NCBI GenBank assembly: GCA_965222375.1
Contig: CBDCTZ010000016.1
Coordinates: 160,001-224,000, forward strand
Source: Polyangiaceae bacterium
GTDB lineage: Bacteria > Myxococcota_A > Polyangia > Polyangiales > Polyangiaceae
DNA length: 64,000 bases
Direction of reading: 5' to 3'
Shown: piece after piece, positions 1 to 10,023 of the stretch
How the letters are laid out: the number at the start of each line of letters is the position of its first letter
How positions within the stretch are numbered: the first letter of the stretch is position 1
The notes under the pieces: generated by a model
Database searches by the model: none
The model's input: the letters and a program-made list of their open reading frames with translations, nothing else
Told to the model about the DNA's origin: nothing
Made by a program: the position numbers and the translations under genes

Positions 1-428
1 CCGTTTGGAACCGTCTGGGGCGTCAACTGCTCCACGTGAAGTCGGATTCGTCAATCCGCGCGCTCGCCCTTTCTACGGATGGCCGCCGGGTCGTCAGTCT
101 TCACGCAGATCCAGCGACCGTGCCTCCAGCACCCAGCGAGCGAATCGAGGTGCGTGACCTCAGGACAGGCCAACTCCGGTCTACTACCCTGCTACCAAGG
201 CGAAACGACCTGGTTGGCGACTCGATACTGCTGAGCCCAACAGCGAGAAGGGTGGGCATAATCGGGCGATCGGCCTCGACCGGCAGAGCGGAGCTCAGGC
301 TCTTCGACCTCGAGAAACGGCAAGCGCCGGCGGTGTTCGGAAAAAACATGACGGTCGCGCGATTCCTGAGCGACACAGAAGTGCTGGTGGCGGCCTACGC
401 TACGCCAGTGATCTGGACAGTCCCGTGA
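1..428 (+). CDS. WD40/beta-propeller-like protein, C-terminal part (5' end outside window)
   Basis: Frame is open from base 3 to the stop at 428. Propeller-like segments ALALSTDGRRVVS, LLSPTARRVGI, LRLFDL, ending IWTVP. Confidence 0.55.
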   Translation, partial: VWNRLGRQLLHVKSDSSIRALALSTDGRRVVSLHADPATVPPAPSERIEVRDLRTGQLRSTTLLPRRNDLVGDSILLSPTARRVGIIGRSASTGRAELRLFDLEKRQAPAVFGKNMTVARFLSDTEVLVAAYATPVIWTVP

Positions 429-489
429 CAACCTCGCAGAGGCTACTTTCCGGGCCACACCGTCGCAATGCCGGGCGTCACGCCAGGCA

Positions 490-1254
490 TCAGCCAGGAA
501 ACCACGGGTCGCGGTGGGGCCCGGTGCTGTTGGGAGGCATGCGTACCCGCGGCGCTTGACGGAACTGTCGCCACTGAGCCCGACGCTTCGGTGTCTTGCC
601 CTGAAGCATGGGCTTGATCGCGACTAGACCCGCCATAAAGCCACCAATGTGGGCGAAGAACGCAACCCCACCCATGCTGGCCGCTCCAAGGGAGCCGACC
701 CCACGCAGCAGGTTCCAAACGAACCACTCACCAACCACGACCCACGCCGGCAACACGAAGAACACACCCAGAATGAACCAGAGCGGCAAGATGGGATTGA
801 GCACGTGGATGGGTGCTCGTGGGTACAGGACCAAGTAGGCCGCCAAGATCCCCGCGATGGCACCAGACGCACCGACCATGGGAATGGTGCTCTCGGGGTT
901 GACCATCATCTGGGCAGCGGCAGCCACGAGGCCGGCTAAAAAGTAGAATCCGATGAATCGCTTCTTGCCCAGAGCATCTTCGACGTTGTCGCCGAAGATG
1001 TAGAGGAAGAGCATGTTGCCACCCAGGTGCTCCCACCCCCCGTGCATGAACATGCTGCTGAAGACGGTCCAGACCTCGCCAACGGGATCGGAAAGAAACC
1101 GCGCAGGCACCAAGCCGTAGGCGTGGATGACCTGCGGCCCCTGCGTTCGAACGAACAGCCATTCGATGAGAAAGACCACCACATTGAGGGCGATGAGCAC
1201 AGGGGTCACGACCGGGCGCGTGCTACTGGGGTTTTCATCACGCACCGGAATCAC
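490..1254 (-). CDS. Rhomboid family intramembrane serine protease
   Basis: HGGWEHLGGNM, catalytic GASG and AHIGG motifs; several TM helices. Confidence 0.93.
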   Translation of the reverse strand: MIPVRDENPSSTRPVVTPVLIALNVVVFLIEWLFVRTQGPQVIHAYGLVPARFLSDPVGEVWTVFSSMFMHGGWEHLGGNMLFLYIFGDNVEDALGKKRFIGFYFLAGLVAAAAQMMVNPESTIPMVGASGAIAGILAAYLVLYPRAPIHVLNPILPLWFILGVFFVLPAWVVVGEWFVWNLLRGVGSLGAASMGGVAFFAHIGGFMAGLVAIKPMLQGKTPKRRAQWRQFRQAPRVRMPPNSTGPHRDPWFPG

Positions 1255-1362
1255 GACGCCCTCAACATAAGCACCCCTGGGGAGTGTGCGACCCCCGGGG
1301 CCCTCCGGCCCTCCGGCCTGGCTTATCGCAGGCGGCGGTCGTGCTAACGTCGCCAGCCCGCA

Positions 1363-1854
1363 ATGCCCCGGAGCTGGTCGTTTCTAGTCATTGTCGCAGC
1401 CGCTGTGGGCTGCGGTGGTCCCCATTTCGACGGCCGGACTTACCGAAACGACAGCATGGCATTCCAGGTTGGGTCGATTCCATCCAGCTGGCGGGAGCTG
1501 CGGGCCAGCCATGCCCTGCTCGCGTTCCGCGACGACGCCCAATCGGCGACGATTGGCGTCAATGGGCGCTGTGGGAAGGACGGCGATGACGTCCCCCTAG
1601 AAGCGCTGACCCACCACCTTTTCCTCCACTTCACCGACCGGGAAGTCATCAGCCAGAAGACCCTGACCTTGGACGGACGCGACGCCATGCGCACCGAGAT
1701 GCTGGCGGAGTTGGACGGCGTGCCAAAGAGGTTCACAATCTACGTTCTCAAGAAGGACGGCTGCGTCTACGACATGTTGCACATCGCGGACCGCCCAGGG
1801 GGCGGGCAGGCCCAATTCGATAGTTTCGTCACTGGCTTCCGGACACTCCAATGA
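1363..1854 (+). CDS. Hypothetical lipoprotein
   Basis: Signal peptide with lipobox AVGC; its stop overlaps the mlaE start (ATGA). Confidence 0.7.
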   Translation: MPRSWSFLVIVAAAVGCGGPHFDGRTYRNDSMAFQVGSIPSSWRELRASHALLAFRDDAQSATIGVNGRCGKDGDDVPLEALTHHLFLHFTDREVISQKTLTLDGRDAMRTEMLAELDGVPKRFTIYVLKKDGCVYDMLHIADRPGGGQAQFDSFVTGFRTLQ

Positions 1855-2714
1855 ATCCCACCGAGCCCATCGATCCACGGCCATCCATCCCGCCTTCGGG
1901 ACGAATGAGCTTTGTGCCGGGCCCCCCGCCGGACGCGGTGTCAGGGCTTTCGAAGCGTGTCTTGGGTTTCTTGGATCACCTCGGCGTGATGACCATGATG
2001 GCGATCCGCACCACTCGCGCGTTGTTTCGCCGACCCTTCGAAGGCCGCGCCATCATCACGCAGATCGAAAGCCTGGGCGTGCGTTCCCTGGGCATCGTGG
2101 TGGTCACCAGCGTCTTCATCGGCATGGTCATGGCCGTGCAATTCGCCTTTGGCCTGCGCAAGTTCGGCGGCATGGAATACACCGGGCGCGTCGTGGGGCT
2201 GTCCTTCGCAAGGGAGCTCGCGCCTACGTTGACCGCGGTCATCGTGGGCGGGCGGATCGGCGCTGGCATGGCGGCGGAAGTCGGCTCTATGGCCGTCACT
2301 GAGCAAATTGACGCGCTGCGCGCCCTCGGCGCCGACCCCTACAAGAAGCTCGTCTTGCCCAGGCTGGTTGCCAGCACCCTGGTCATGCCCATTCTCGCCG
2401 GCATCGCCCTCGTGCTCGGCTTCGGGGGCGCGATGTTCATCACGGACTTTCAATTCAACATCCCTTCCGGCTTCTTTCTGCGGAGCGCGCTCGGCACGGT
2501 CACGATCCGAGACATCTTGAGCGGGATGATCAAAACGCCCGTGTTCGGATCCATCATCGCCTTGGTGGGATGCCATTTCGGGATGACCACGCGTGGAGGG
2601 ACCGCTGGCGTCGGCAACAGCACGACGCGGACGGTCGTGGTGATATCCATCACTATCCTGATCGCCGACTTCTTCTTGACGAAGGTGTCGCTCTCCTTGC
2701 TGCCGATCATATGA
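1851..2714 (+). CDS. mlaE: MlaE family ABC transporter permease
   Basis: RELAP, GRIGAGMAAEVGSMAVTEQIDAL and GVGNSTT motifs. Confidence 0.92.
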   Translation: MNPTEPIDPRPSIPPSGRMSFVPGPPPDAVSGLSKRVLGFLDHLGVMTMMAIRTTRALFRRPFEGRAIITQIESLGVRSLGIVVVTSVFIGMVMAVQFAFGLRKFGGMEYTGRVVGLSFARELAPTLTAVIVGGRIGAGMAAEVGSMAVTEQIDALRALGADPYKKLVLPRLVASTLVMPILAGIALVLGFGGAMFITDFQFNIPSGFFLRSALGTVTIRDILSGMIKTPVFGSIIALVGCHFGMTTRGGTAGVGNSTTRTVVVISITILIADFFLTKVSLSLLPII

Positions 2715-3052
2715 GGGGTCAGTGCGCCTTGTTGCTGGCGGCTTTGGCCTGGGGCTGCAGCGGAGATGAAGAGCGCCCGCCGGAATTGGTGGGAACCGGC
2801 GTGGACAACCCCAAAACCTGCAGCCAAATCCGGACCGGGACTCCACAAAAGGGGCGGGTGGTGCTTTCTGGGGAAGTCGCGCGCTGCGAGCCCGACGGCC
2901 TGGCCTGCGCCCTGAACGACGTGTCGAGTTTTGGGGGCGTTTGCGACCCACAAAAGGCCGTGGAGGCGTCATGTGAGCAGGCGTTCTGGATCCTGACTTG
3001 CGTGGAAAGACCCGACGCCGGCGCCCCCTTAGACGCTGGCGGCGCGGATTGA
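2711..3052 (+). CDS. Small Cys-rich lipoprotein
   Basis: ATG 2711 overlaps the mlaE stop; MRGQCALLLAALAWGC lipobox; six further Cys. Confidence 0.65.
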   Translation: MRGQCALLLAALAWGCSGDEERPPELVGTGVDNPKTCSQIRTGTPQKGRVVLSGEVARCEPDGLACALNDVSSFGGVCDPQKAVEASCEQAFWILTCVERPDAGAPLDAGGAD

Positions 3053-3077
3053 GCTGTACGCAACAAGCAAGGTTGCC

Positions 3078-3106
3078 TTGACCCGAACCGGGCCTGTCCC
3101 TACCTT
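3078..3106 (+). promoter_or_regulatory. Putative promoter TTGACC-N17-TACCTT upstream of the MerR operon
   Basis: -35 at 3078-3083, -10-like at 3101-3106, followed by GGAG and an in-frame TTG at 3126. Confidence 0.45.
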
Positions 3107-3125
3107 TTTGCTCGGGAGAATAGCT

Positions 3126-3659
3126 TTGGGCCCACGAAGAAAAGCGGCAACCACAGCCGAGCGCGGGGCGACCCGGCGGCGCGACGGGCTGCTCACCACC
3201 GGCGACATGGCGCGCCGATCTGGCAGTACCCTACGTACCGTCAGGTTTTACGAAGAGGCCGGGATTCTGAAGCCCACTCAGAGAACTGAGGGCGGGCATC
3301 GCCTATTCGAAGCCTCGGGGCTGGACAAGCTGCGGCTGGTCTCCGACCTGCGCTCCGCGGGGTTTTCCCTAGACGAGATTCGGGGCGTGCTGGAAACGAA
3401 ACGAGCCGCCCCCACTGGCGCGGTTGCCTCTACGGACGTGCTCGAGAAGTTGAACGATCAGATCGGCCGCATGCAAGAACGGGTCAACCTGCTGCAGCGG
3501 CTGATCAGCCAGTTGACCGAAGCTCGTGAGGTGCTCGAGCGCTGTCAGCAGTGTACCAACACCGTGAACTTCCCCAACGACTGTGGAGAGTGCAAGACGC
3601 TATCGGACGTCGAACCAGTGCCCGCCGCCGTGAGTGTACTCTGGGACGTGAACCGCTGA
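3126..3659 (+). CDS. MerR family transcriptional regulator with C-terminal CxxC...CxxC
   Basis: LTTGDMARRSGSTLRTVRFYEEAGIL HTH, GGHRLF, GFSLDEIR, coiled coil, CQQC/CGEC. Start chosen at TTG 3126 after GGAG. Confidence 0.9.
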   Translation: MGPRRKAATTAERGATRRRDGLLTTGDMARRSGSTLRTVRFYEEAGILKPTQRTEGGHRLFEASGLDKLRLVSDLRSAGFSLDEIRGVLETKRAAPTGAVASTDVLEKLNDQIGRMQERVNLLQRLISQLTEAREVLERCQQCTNTVNFPNDCGECKTLSDVEPVPAAVSVLWDVNR

Positions 3660-3666
3660 GTCGCCG

Positions 3667-4098
3667 ATGACCTCGCCGCGCGTGTTTTCCATTGCCGAGG
3701 TGGACGCGTTGATTCCAAAACTCAACTCTCTGGTGACTCGTCAACTCGAGCGCCAGACGGAGATCGAGCAGGGGCTCTCGGATCTCGCCAAACGTGCGGG
3801 AGGCTTGCCGCGCACCCTCGACGAAGACGACGCCGACGATGCGGAGATGGCAGGCCTGAAGTCCGAGTTGCGAAAGCGCATCGAGCGCTACGAGCGAGGC
3901 TGGTCCGATGTGACGGAACTTGGCGCGGTGGTGAAGGACCCCGACGTCGGACTCGTGGACTTCTACGGGCGCCTGGACGGTCGATTGGTCTGGTACTGCT
4001 GGCGCCTCGGCGAAGAATCTCTGCGCTACTATCACGAACTGGACGCAGGGTTTTCGGCCCGCCGCCGCCTGCGTCCAGAAGCGAGGCGCCCGAACTAG
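3667..4098 (+). CDS. DUF2203 family protein
   Basis: FSIAEVDALIP N-terminus; VKDPDVGLVDF...WYCWRLGE...YYH...GF signature. Confidence 0.85.
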   Translation: MTSPRVFSIAEVDALIPKLNSLVTRQLERQTEIEQGLSDLAKRAGGLPRTLDEDDADDAEMAGLKSELRKRIERYERGWSDVTELGAVVKDPDVGLVDFYGRLDGRLVWYCWRLGEESLRYYHELDAGFSARRRLRPEARRPN

Positions 4099-4100
4099 TC

Positions 4101-4661
4101 ATGCCCATCGACCGACCCGCAGCCGAGCGCGCCATCTCGGACTTCCTGCGCGCACTGGGCCACGATCCGAGCACGTCACCAGAATTGCAGGGCACGCCAG
4201 GCCGAGTCACGGAAGCCTTCGCGGATGATCTTTTGTCGGGCTACGCGGTCGACGTTCCAAGCTTGCTCGCGACGGGATCTGAAGCCCAAGACGGCCTGGT
4301 CGTACTGCGAGGGGTTGCCGTTTCCACCGTCTGCCCCCATCACTTGCTGCCATCCATGGGCACGGCCACACTGGCCTATGTCCCGGGAACGCGACTGTTC
4401 GGGCTCGGTACGCTCGCCAAGCTGGTCGACGCGTTTTGCCGGCGCCTCGCCCTGCAGGAAGAGATCGGACAAAACGTCGTACAGGCCCTGACGCAGTATG
4501 GCGACACCAAGGGCGCGTTTTGCAGTCTGGAGCTGGCGCATGCCTGTCTAGCCACGCACGGGGAGCGACGACCCGAGGCGCGTGTTGTGACGACCGCGCG
4601 CGCCGGCACACTGCCAGAAGCGGAAATCGCCGCGCTGATTCGTTCGGAAAACGGCCCATGA
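4101..4661 (+). CDS. folE: GTP cyclohydrolase I (divergent FolE)
   Basis: TPGRV, CPHHLLP, RRLALQE, HAC zinc ligands. Confidence 0.85.
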   Translation: MPIDRPAAERAISDFLRALGHDPSTSPELQGTPGRVTEAFADDLLSGYAVDVPSLLATGSEAQDGLVVLRGVAVSTVCPHHLLPSMGTATLAYVPGTRLFGLGTLAKLVDAFCRRLALQEEIGQNVVQALTQYGDTKGAFCSLELAHACLATHGERRPEARVVTTARAGTLPEAEIAALIRSENGP

Positions 4662-5338
4662 CGCGAGTCGCCATTACCGGCGCGAGCCGCGGTATCGGTC
4701 GGGCCACAGCCTTTCGCCTCGCCGCACGGGGAGCCTCCTTGGAGCTCGTCGGTCGTACGTCCAGGGCACTGGATGAGGTCGCAGCCGAGCTATCAGCCAC
4801 GGGAACCGACGTCCACGTCATCCCCTGTGATCTGGCCCTTACAGCCGAAGTGTTGGGCGCCGGCGAGGAACTAGCGAAGCGAGGCGTACCGGACGCTCTG
4901 ATCAACAACGCGGCTGTCATCGAGCGCAAACCCCTCGAAGAACTGACAGCACAAAGCGTGGACCACCACTTCGCGGTCAACCTCCGCGCACCGATCCTCC
5001 TGTCCAAGGCCGTGCTGCCAGCAATGCGAGCTCGAGGCAGTGGCCGAATCGTGCACATCGCGAGCATCTCCGCCACCTTGGGCACGGCCAGCTCGAGCGT
5101 CTACAACGCGACCAAGTGGGGCTTGGTTGGGTTCATGAAGAGCCTGGCCGAAGAACTCAGCGATAGCGGTGTGATGACCTGCGCGGTCTTGCCTGGTTCC
5201 GTGGACACGGAAATGCTCGAAGGAAGCGGGTTTACCCCCCGAATGACGGCCGACCACGTCGCTCATACCATCGAGCACTATGCGCTAGACGCGGCCCTCG
5301 CCCACAACGGCGCCAGCGTAGAGATGTTCGCGACATGA
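4658..5338 (+). CDS. Short-chain dehydrogenase/reductase
   Basis: TGASRGIG, NNA, YNATK; ATG 4658 overlaps the folE stop. Confidence 0.92.
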   Translation: MTRVAITGASRGIGRATAFRLAARGASLELVGRTSRALDEVAAELSATGTDVHVIPCDLALTAEVLGAGEELAKRGVPDALINNAAVIERKPLEELTAQSVDHHFAVNLRAPILLSKAVLPAMRARGSGRIVHIASISATLGTASSSVYNATKWGLVGFMKSLAEELSDSGVMTCAVLPGSVDTEMLEGSGFTPRMTADHVAHTIEHYALDAALAHNGASVEMFAT

Positions 5339-5985
5339 CATCGGAGCTGCGACCCGGAGAGGTCCTGAGCGACGTCGCCATCTTCCCATTGCCCGGGGTG
5401 GTTCTCTTCCCGTCGCTGGCGCTTCCGCTACACATTTTCGAACCTCGCTACCGAGCGATGACCGAAGACGTGCTCGAAACCGGCGGCCTGCTCAGTGTCG
5501 TGAAGATCGAAGATGGCGGCCCCACCGAGGCTGACGGCCACCCCCGAATCTGTACCATCGCCGGGATAGGCGAGATCGTCGAGCACCGCAGATATCCCGA
5601 TGGGCGCTTCGACCTCCTGGTGATGGGCAGAGCCCGGGTGCGACTCCATGAAAACGACTTCGAACCACCCTACCGACGGGCGCGCGCAATCGTGTTGGAG
5701 TCCTACACCAAGGGCGCCCTGGACCGAGAGGTCTCGACTCTGATCGACGCCGCCACACGCTTCGCCATGACCCTGCAGCGGGGTGGCTTTGCCAAGGAAG
5801 TTCCCTTGCCTGAGACCAACGATCCGGAACGCCTTGCGGATGAGTGCGCCCACCGCCTCATCATTGACGCCGAGGAGCGCCAAAAGGTACTCGAGACTCT
5901 GGACGTCGCGACGCGCATCCGGGCCTGCGCAACGTCGCTGGTCACGCAGTGCGCGCTTTTGGGCACCAAACAGACCCTGAGCTGA
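5335..5985 (+). CDS. LON peptidase substrate-binding (N-terminal) domain protein
   Basis: IFPLPGVVLFP...LPLHIFEPRYRAM, DGRFDL, G.ARVR. Confidence 0.9.
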   Translation: MTSELRPGEVLSDVAIFPLPGVVLFPSLALPLHIFEPRYRAMTEDVLETGGLLSVVKIEDGGPTEADGHPRICTIAGIGEIVEHRRYPDGRFDLLVMGRARVRLHENDFEPPYRRARAIVLESYTKGALDREVSTLIDAATRFAMTLQRGGFAKEVPLPETNDPERLADECAHRLIIDAEERQKVLETLDVATRIRACATSLVTQCALLGTKQTLS

Positions 5986-6134
5986 CTGTCCTGTGGACAA
6001 AAGGAAGGGCCCGCCACACTCGCTTTCCCGCTACGGCTGCTCCCTTCCGGGCCTGACCGGGTTCCAGGCGCGCTGTTGGCGGACCCACACGCCCAACTTC
6101 TTGGGCAGGAGCGGACAAGTAGCGCAGCCGCTGA

Positions 6135-6986
6135 ATGGAGTCCAGCCCCTCGACAGGTGCGCATTTCAAGCGCAAGTTCAAACAAACCGTGCTCCCGCCC
6201 GCCAAACCACCCCTGACCCTGCGCCTGCGCGCCTGGCTGCCTTTTCTGGCCAGCGCCGTTTTGGCGGCTGTCGCGCTGCGCTTGGTCTGGGACGCGCCCT
6301 GGCTCGGCGCGATTCTAGCGGCCGCCGCGATCTACGTTTTCTGGTCGCGACGCCGGGAGCGCAACAAGCTGCGCTCCCTGGCGGCCAGTGGGCGGACCGA
6401 AGAACTAGTCCGGCAATGGGAAGGGGCGGTCAGCGATATGCCCCACGCCGAAACCCTGATCCCACTGATCCACGCGACCGCCTACACATCATCTGGGCTG
6501 ACGGATCGTGCTCGCGAGGCGCTGGAGCGCGGTGAGCGCTCCGGGTCCTGGGAGTCAGCGACCGAGCATCGCTTGATCGTCGAAACACTCCTGGATGCCT
6601 TCGAGGGCGAGCGCGAACTTGCCGTCGACAAGGCCGAACAGCTGCGGGGCATGCCCCTGCCCCCGGTGGGCCCAATGATGCGAGCGCGCATCGTCGAGCT
6701 CCGCCAAGCACTGCGCGCATTCACTCGTGCCTTTGCGCACCTTTCATCACCCCGCGACGCAGCGGTGTTGCGCGCCGCCGCCCGCAAGAATCCGCTGATT
6801 CACTGGCCCTTCCGCTATGCGGCCGCCGTCGTATGCATCGACCACGGCAAGCTCGCTGATGCGGACCGCTTGCTGCGCGGAGCTCCAGAGTGGCCCGACG
6901 ATTCCGCCTTCGCGTCGTTTCAGGAAGAGCTCCTACGGATGGCACATCCCGACGAAACAAAGCGAGCACCATCGTCGACGAGGTGA
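6135..6986 (+). CDS. Hypothetical membrane protein with helical (TPR-like) C-terminus
   Basis: Two N-terminal TM segments followed by amphipathic helices. Confidence 0.65.
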   Translation: MESSPSTGAHFKRKFKQTVLPPAKPPLTLRLRAWLPFLASAVLAAVALRLVWDAPWLGAILAAAAIYVFWSRRRERNKLRSLAASGRTEELVRQWEGAVSDMPHAETLIPLIHATAYTSSGLTDRAREALERGERSGSWESATEHRLIVETLLDAFEGERELAVDKAEQLRGMPLPPVGPMMRARIVELRQALRAFTRAFAHLSSPRDAAVLRAAARKNPLIHWPFRYAAAVVCIDHGKLADADRLLRGAPEWPDDSAFASFQEELLRMAHPDETKRAPSSTR

Positions 6987-7014
6987 GTCTCCGCGGGTAA
7001 CATAGTCCCTATAG

Positions 7015-8421
7015 ATGCAGGACGATTCCGCCAAGCCCCCCGGCGGCAGCTTCGATATCCCGGATCTGGAATTGCCCGACGTTCCAGCTGCTCCAGCATC
7101 CGGGCCACGGCCACGTGCGGCGGCTCCGCCCGTCACGCCTGCACAGGATGACGATTTCGACTCCATCGCTGGCAGCGTGACCCTGGGCGGCGGTCGGGCC
7201 GAGGACGCCTTTGGTGGCGGCTTCGATGCGAGTCACTTTGACTCCTCCGCTGTAGTGGAAGACAGCGCGGCGGGAGCCGGCTTGGACGAGTTCGATGCGA
7301 GTCAGCCCGTGGGCGCCCTAGAGCTCGAATCGTCTCGCCCACCTGCGCCAGCAGCTGCAACACCGTCTGGCCCGAGCGCCGCTGCGGCGAGCCTCCACCC
7401 ACTGCAGAGCTTGCCTGTGGATCCAGCCCTCGCTGCCGAGGGATCTCGAGAGTACGGCCCGGCACCTCGCAGCATCTTTGTAGCGCCGGCGTACGCGATC
7501 CGCGTTCTGCTCAAGAAGCGCCAACTGCGACAACGCCTCCCGGCCCTGGACGCGAAACTCAACGACGGGGAATCCCGTCGCGATACCTTCCTCGCCGATC
7601 TCGCGCGCACACGCCGAGCTGCCATCGAGGGCGATGAGCGCTTTGCTGCCCCGATGAGTCGAGTCCGGGAGGCCGAGGGGCAGTTGCGAAACGGCAACCA
7701 AGCGCTGACCCTGGCGAAAAGCCAGATGGCGCAAGCCCAGGAGCAGTTCAAGCAGCAGACCCAGGGGCTCGGGGAAGCACTGGAATCCGCCAACGCCACT
7801 CTGAAGGTCTTTGGCGAAACCCAAGCCGCCGCTGAAACCGACCTCAAGCGCGCCGAGGCCAAACAGAAGCGGCTGATGATCGAGGCACGAAACGCCGTGC
7901 AGATAGCAACCGGCGGCCAGCCGGGCGTAGCCATTCCCCCCGACGTGCAGACGCGGGTGAGCCAACTGCAGGGCCAAACCGCCGCTCTGGAGCCGGAAGT
8001 CGCGGCGGCGCGTCAGGTGGTGGCTGACGCCATTCAGCAGACCCAAGCCGCAAAGCAGGCGCAGCAGCAAGCCGCTCAGGCGATGCAGGGCGCCGAGAAA
8101 CAGGCTGCCGCACAGCGCCAACAGCTTGAATCCCAACTGGCATCCCAGCAGGCCGCTACAGGCGACGCCGGCTCGAGGGTGACAGGAGCACTGGCGGATC
8201 TAGCGCGCGCGCTGCTGGCCGCCAGGGAATTGCCTCTGGACGACAACTTGAGTTCTCAGGTCCAGGCAGCCGAAAGCTACGTCGAGCAATGCAGGGCGGA
8301 CCACCAATATGTGCTCCGCGCCCTGGACGCGGCAGACGCAGAGGCGGTAAAGCGTGGCCTGCTAGTGATGGTGGCCGCCGCCCTCGGGGTCATTTTGCTC
8401 TTGATGTTGCTCCTGCGCTGA
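7015..8421 (+). CDS. Coiled-coil protein with acidic N-terminus and C-terminal TM anchor
   Basis: D/P-rich N-terminus, long A/Q-rich heptads, terminal hydrophobic helix. Confidence 0.7.
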   Translation: MQDDSAKPPGGSFDIPDLELPDVPAAPASGPRPRAAAPPVTPAQDDDFDSIAGSVTLGGGRAEDAFGGGFDASHFDSSAVVEDSAAGAGLDEFDASQPVGALELESSRPPAPAAATPSGPSAAAASLHPLQSLPVDPALAAEGSREYGPAPRSIFVAPAYAIRVLLKKRQLRQRLPALDAKLNDGESRRDTFLADLARTRRAAIEGDERFAAPMSRVREAEGQLRNGNQALTLAKSQMAQAQEQFKQQTQGLGEALESANATLKVFGETQAAAETDLKRAEAKQKRLMIEARNAVQIATGGQPGVAIPPDVQTRVSQLQGQTAALEPEVAAARQVVADAIQQTQAAKQAQQQAAQAMQGAEKQAAAQRQQLESQLASQQAATGDAGSRVTGALADLARALLAARELPLDDNLSSQVQAAESYVEQCRADHQYVLRALDAADAEAVKRGLLVMVAAALGVILLLMLLLR

Positions 8422-8435
8422 CAACGGCTGACCCA

Positions 8436-9992
8436 CTACAGAGGCAGGTTGCCGTGCTTGCGCGGGGGATTGTCGGCGCGCTTGTTCTTGAGCATCGTCA
8501 GACAGGTTGCTAGGCGCTTTCGAAGCTCCCGGGGGTAGATCACCTCGTCCACAAAGCCCAGCTCCGCTGCCTTGTACGGATTGGCAAAGGTGCTCCGATA
8601 CTCATCGGCGAAGGACTTCGCCGCTGCCACCTTGTCCCCGGCTTCCGCGATCTCGTTACGATAGACGATGTTCACCGCGCCGTCCGGGCCCATCACGGCA
8701 ATCTCGGCCGTCGGGAAAGCGAAGTTGGCGTCACCCCGGATGTGCTTGCTGCTCATGACGTCGTAGGCGCCGCCATAGGCCTTGCGGGTGATGACCGTCA
8801 CCTTGGGCACCGTGGCCTCGCAGAACGCGTACAGCAGCTTGGCACCGTGAGTGATGATGCCGTTGTGCTCCTGATCCACACCGGGCAAGAACCCCGGCAC
8901 GTCCACGAAGGTGAGTATCGGCACGTTGAAACAATCGCAGAAGCGAACGAAACGCGCCGCCTTCACGCTGGCGTCGATGTCGAGAACCCCAGCGAGCATT
9001 GCCGGTTGGTTGGCCACCACGCCCACGGGTCGACCGCCGATTCGTGCGAATCCGCACACGATATTGCGGGCAAAGGACTCGTGGACCTGGACCAGGTGTT
9101 CGTGGTCCACCACGGCCTTGATGACGCGCGTGATGTCGTAGGGCTTGTTGCTCTCCGTCGGCACCATGTCGTCGAGCTCCGGGACCTCTCGGTCCACGGG
9201 GTCGTCACAGGGAATCACGGGAGGGTCTTCGGTGTTGTTCGAGGGCAGGAAGCCGAGCAACTCCCGAACCTGAGCCAAGCATGCCCGGTCATCCCCGGCG
9301 GTGAAGTGCGCCACTCCGCTTTGCGCGGCATGGGCCGAAGCACCGCCGAGCGCCTCCTTGGTGACCTCTTCGTGGGTCACGGCCTTGATCACGTCCGGTC
9401 CGGTAATGAACATGTAGCTGGTCTGCTCCACCATGAAGATGAAGTCCGTGATCGCCGGTGAGTACACGGCGCCCCCAGCACAAGGCCCCATTATGGCGCT
9501 GAGTTGGGGCACCACACCGCTCGCCAGGGTATTGCGCAGAAAGATATCCGCGTAGCCTGCTAGAGACTCGACACCCTCCTGAATTCGCGCACCCCCCGAG
9601 TCGTTCAGGCCGATCACGGGGGCGCCCACGCTCATCGCCAGGTCCATGATCTTGACGATCTTGGATGCATAGGCAGCAGAAAGGGAGCCGCCGAAAACCG
9701 TGAAGTCCTGGGCAAAGAGAAAGACCCGGCGTCCGTCGACGGTTCCGTGCCCGGTCACGACGCCATCACCCAGGACCTTCTGCTCCTGCATGTTGAAGTC
9801 GCTGCAGCGATGGGTCACGAAGCGATCCAGCTCGACGAAGCTGCCGGGGTCGAGCAATAGCTCGATGCGCTCCCGCGCCGTCAGCTTGCCCGCGGCGTGT
9901 TGCTTCTCGATGCGCCTCGCCCCGCCACCTTGGAGGGCTTGCTCGTTGAGTTCATCCAAGCGATTCAGTGCAGAGGAACCATGCTCAGCCAT
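8436..9992 (-). CDS. pccB: Acyl-CoA (propionyl/methylmalonyl-CoA) carboxylase carboxyltransferase subunit
   Basis: [51 protein letters not shown]. Start set at ATG 9992 (MAEHG). Confidence 0.93.
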   Translation of the reverse strand: MAEHGSSALNRLDELNEQALQGGGARRIEKQHAAGKLTARERIELLLDPGSFVELDRFVTHRCSDFNMQEQKVLGDGVVTGHGTVDGRRVFLFAQDFTVFGGSLSAAYASKIVKIMDLAMSVGAPVIGLNDSGGARIQEGVESLAGYADIFLRNTLASGVVPQLSAIMGPCAGGAVYSPAITDFIFMVEQTSYMFITGPDVIKAVTHEEVTKEALGGASAHAAQSGVAHFTAGDDRACLAQVRELLGFLPSNNTEDPPVIPCDDPVDREVPELDDMVPTESNKPYDITRVIKAVVDHEHLVQVHESFARNIVCGFARIGGRPVGVVANQPAMLAGVLDIDASVKAARFVRFCDCFNVPILTFVDVPGFLPGVDQEHNGIITHGAKLLYAFCEATVPKVTVITRKAYGGAYDVMSSKHIRGDANFAFPTAEIAVMGPDGAVNIVYRNEIAEAGDKVAAAKSFADEYRSTFANPYKAAELGFVDEVIYPRELRKRLATCLTMLKNKRADNPPRKHGNLPL

Positions 9993-10023
9993 GGGCGCGC
10001 GGTACCACGAGCCGCGAGGCGCG

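Noticed and set aside
28..43. parS-like TGCTCCACGTGAAGTC (also partial matches near 29016 and 44268)
   Set aside because: Four or more mismatches to the palindromic consensus, mostly within coding sequence, and not clustered.
1941..2972. Long antisense or alternative-frame ORFs (also 13462-14718, 19435-20811, 31975-32967, 30578-31762)
   Set aside because: Shadow ORFs expected at high GC; they overlap genes with clear family motifs and have none of their own.
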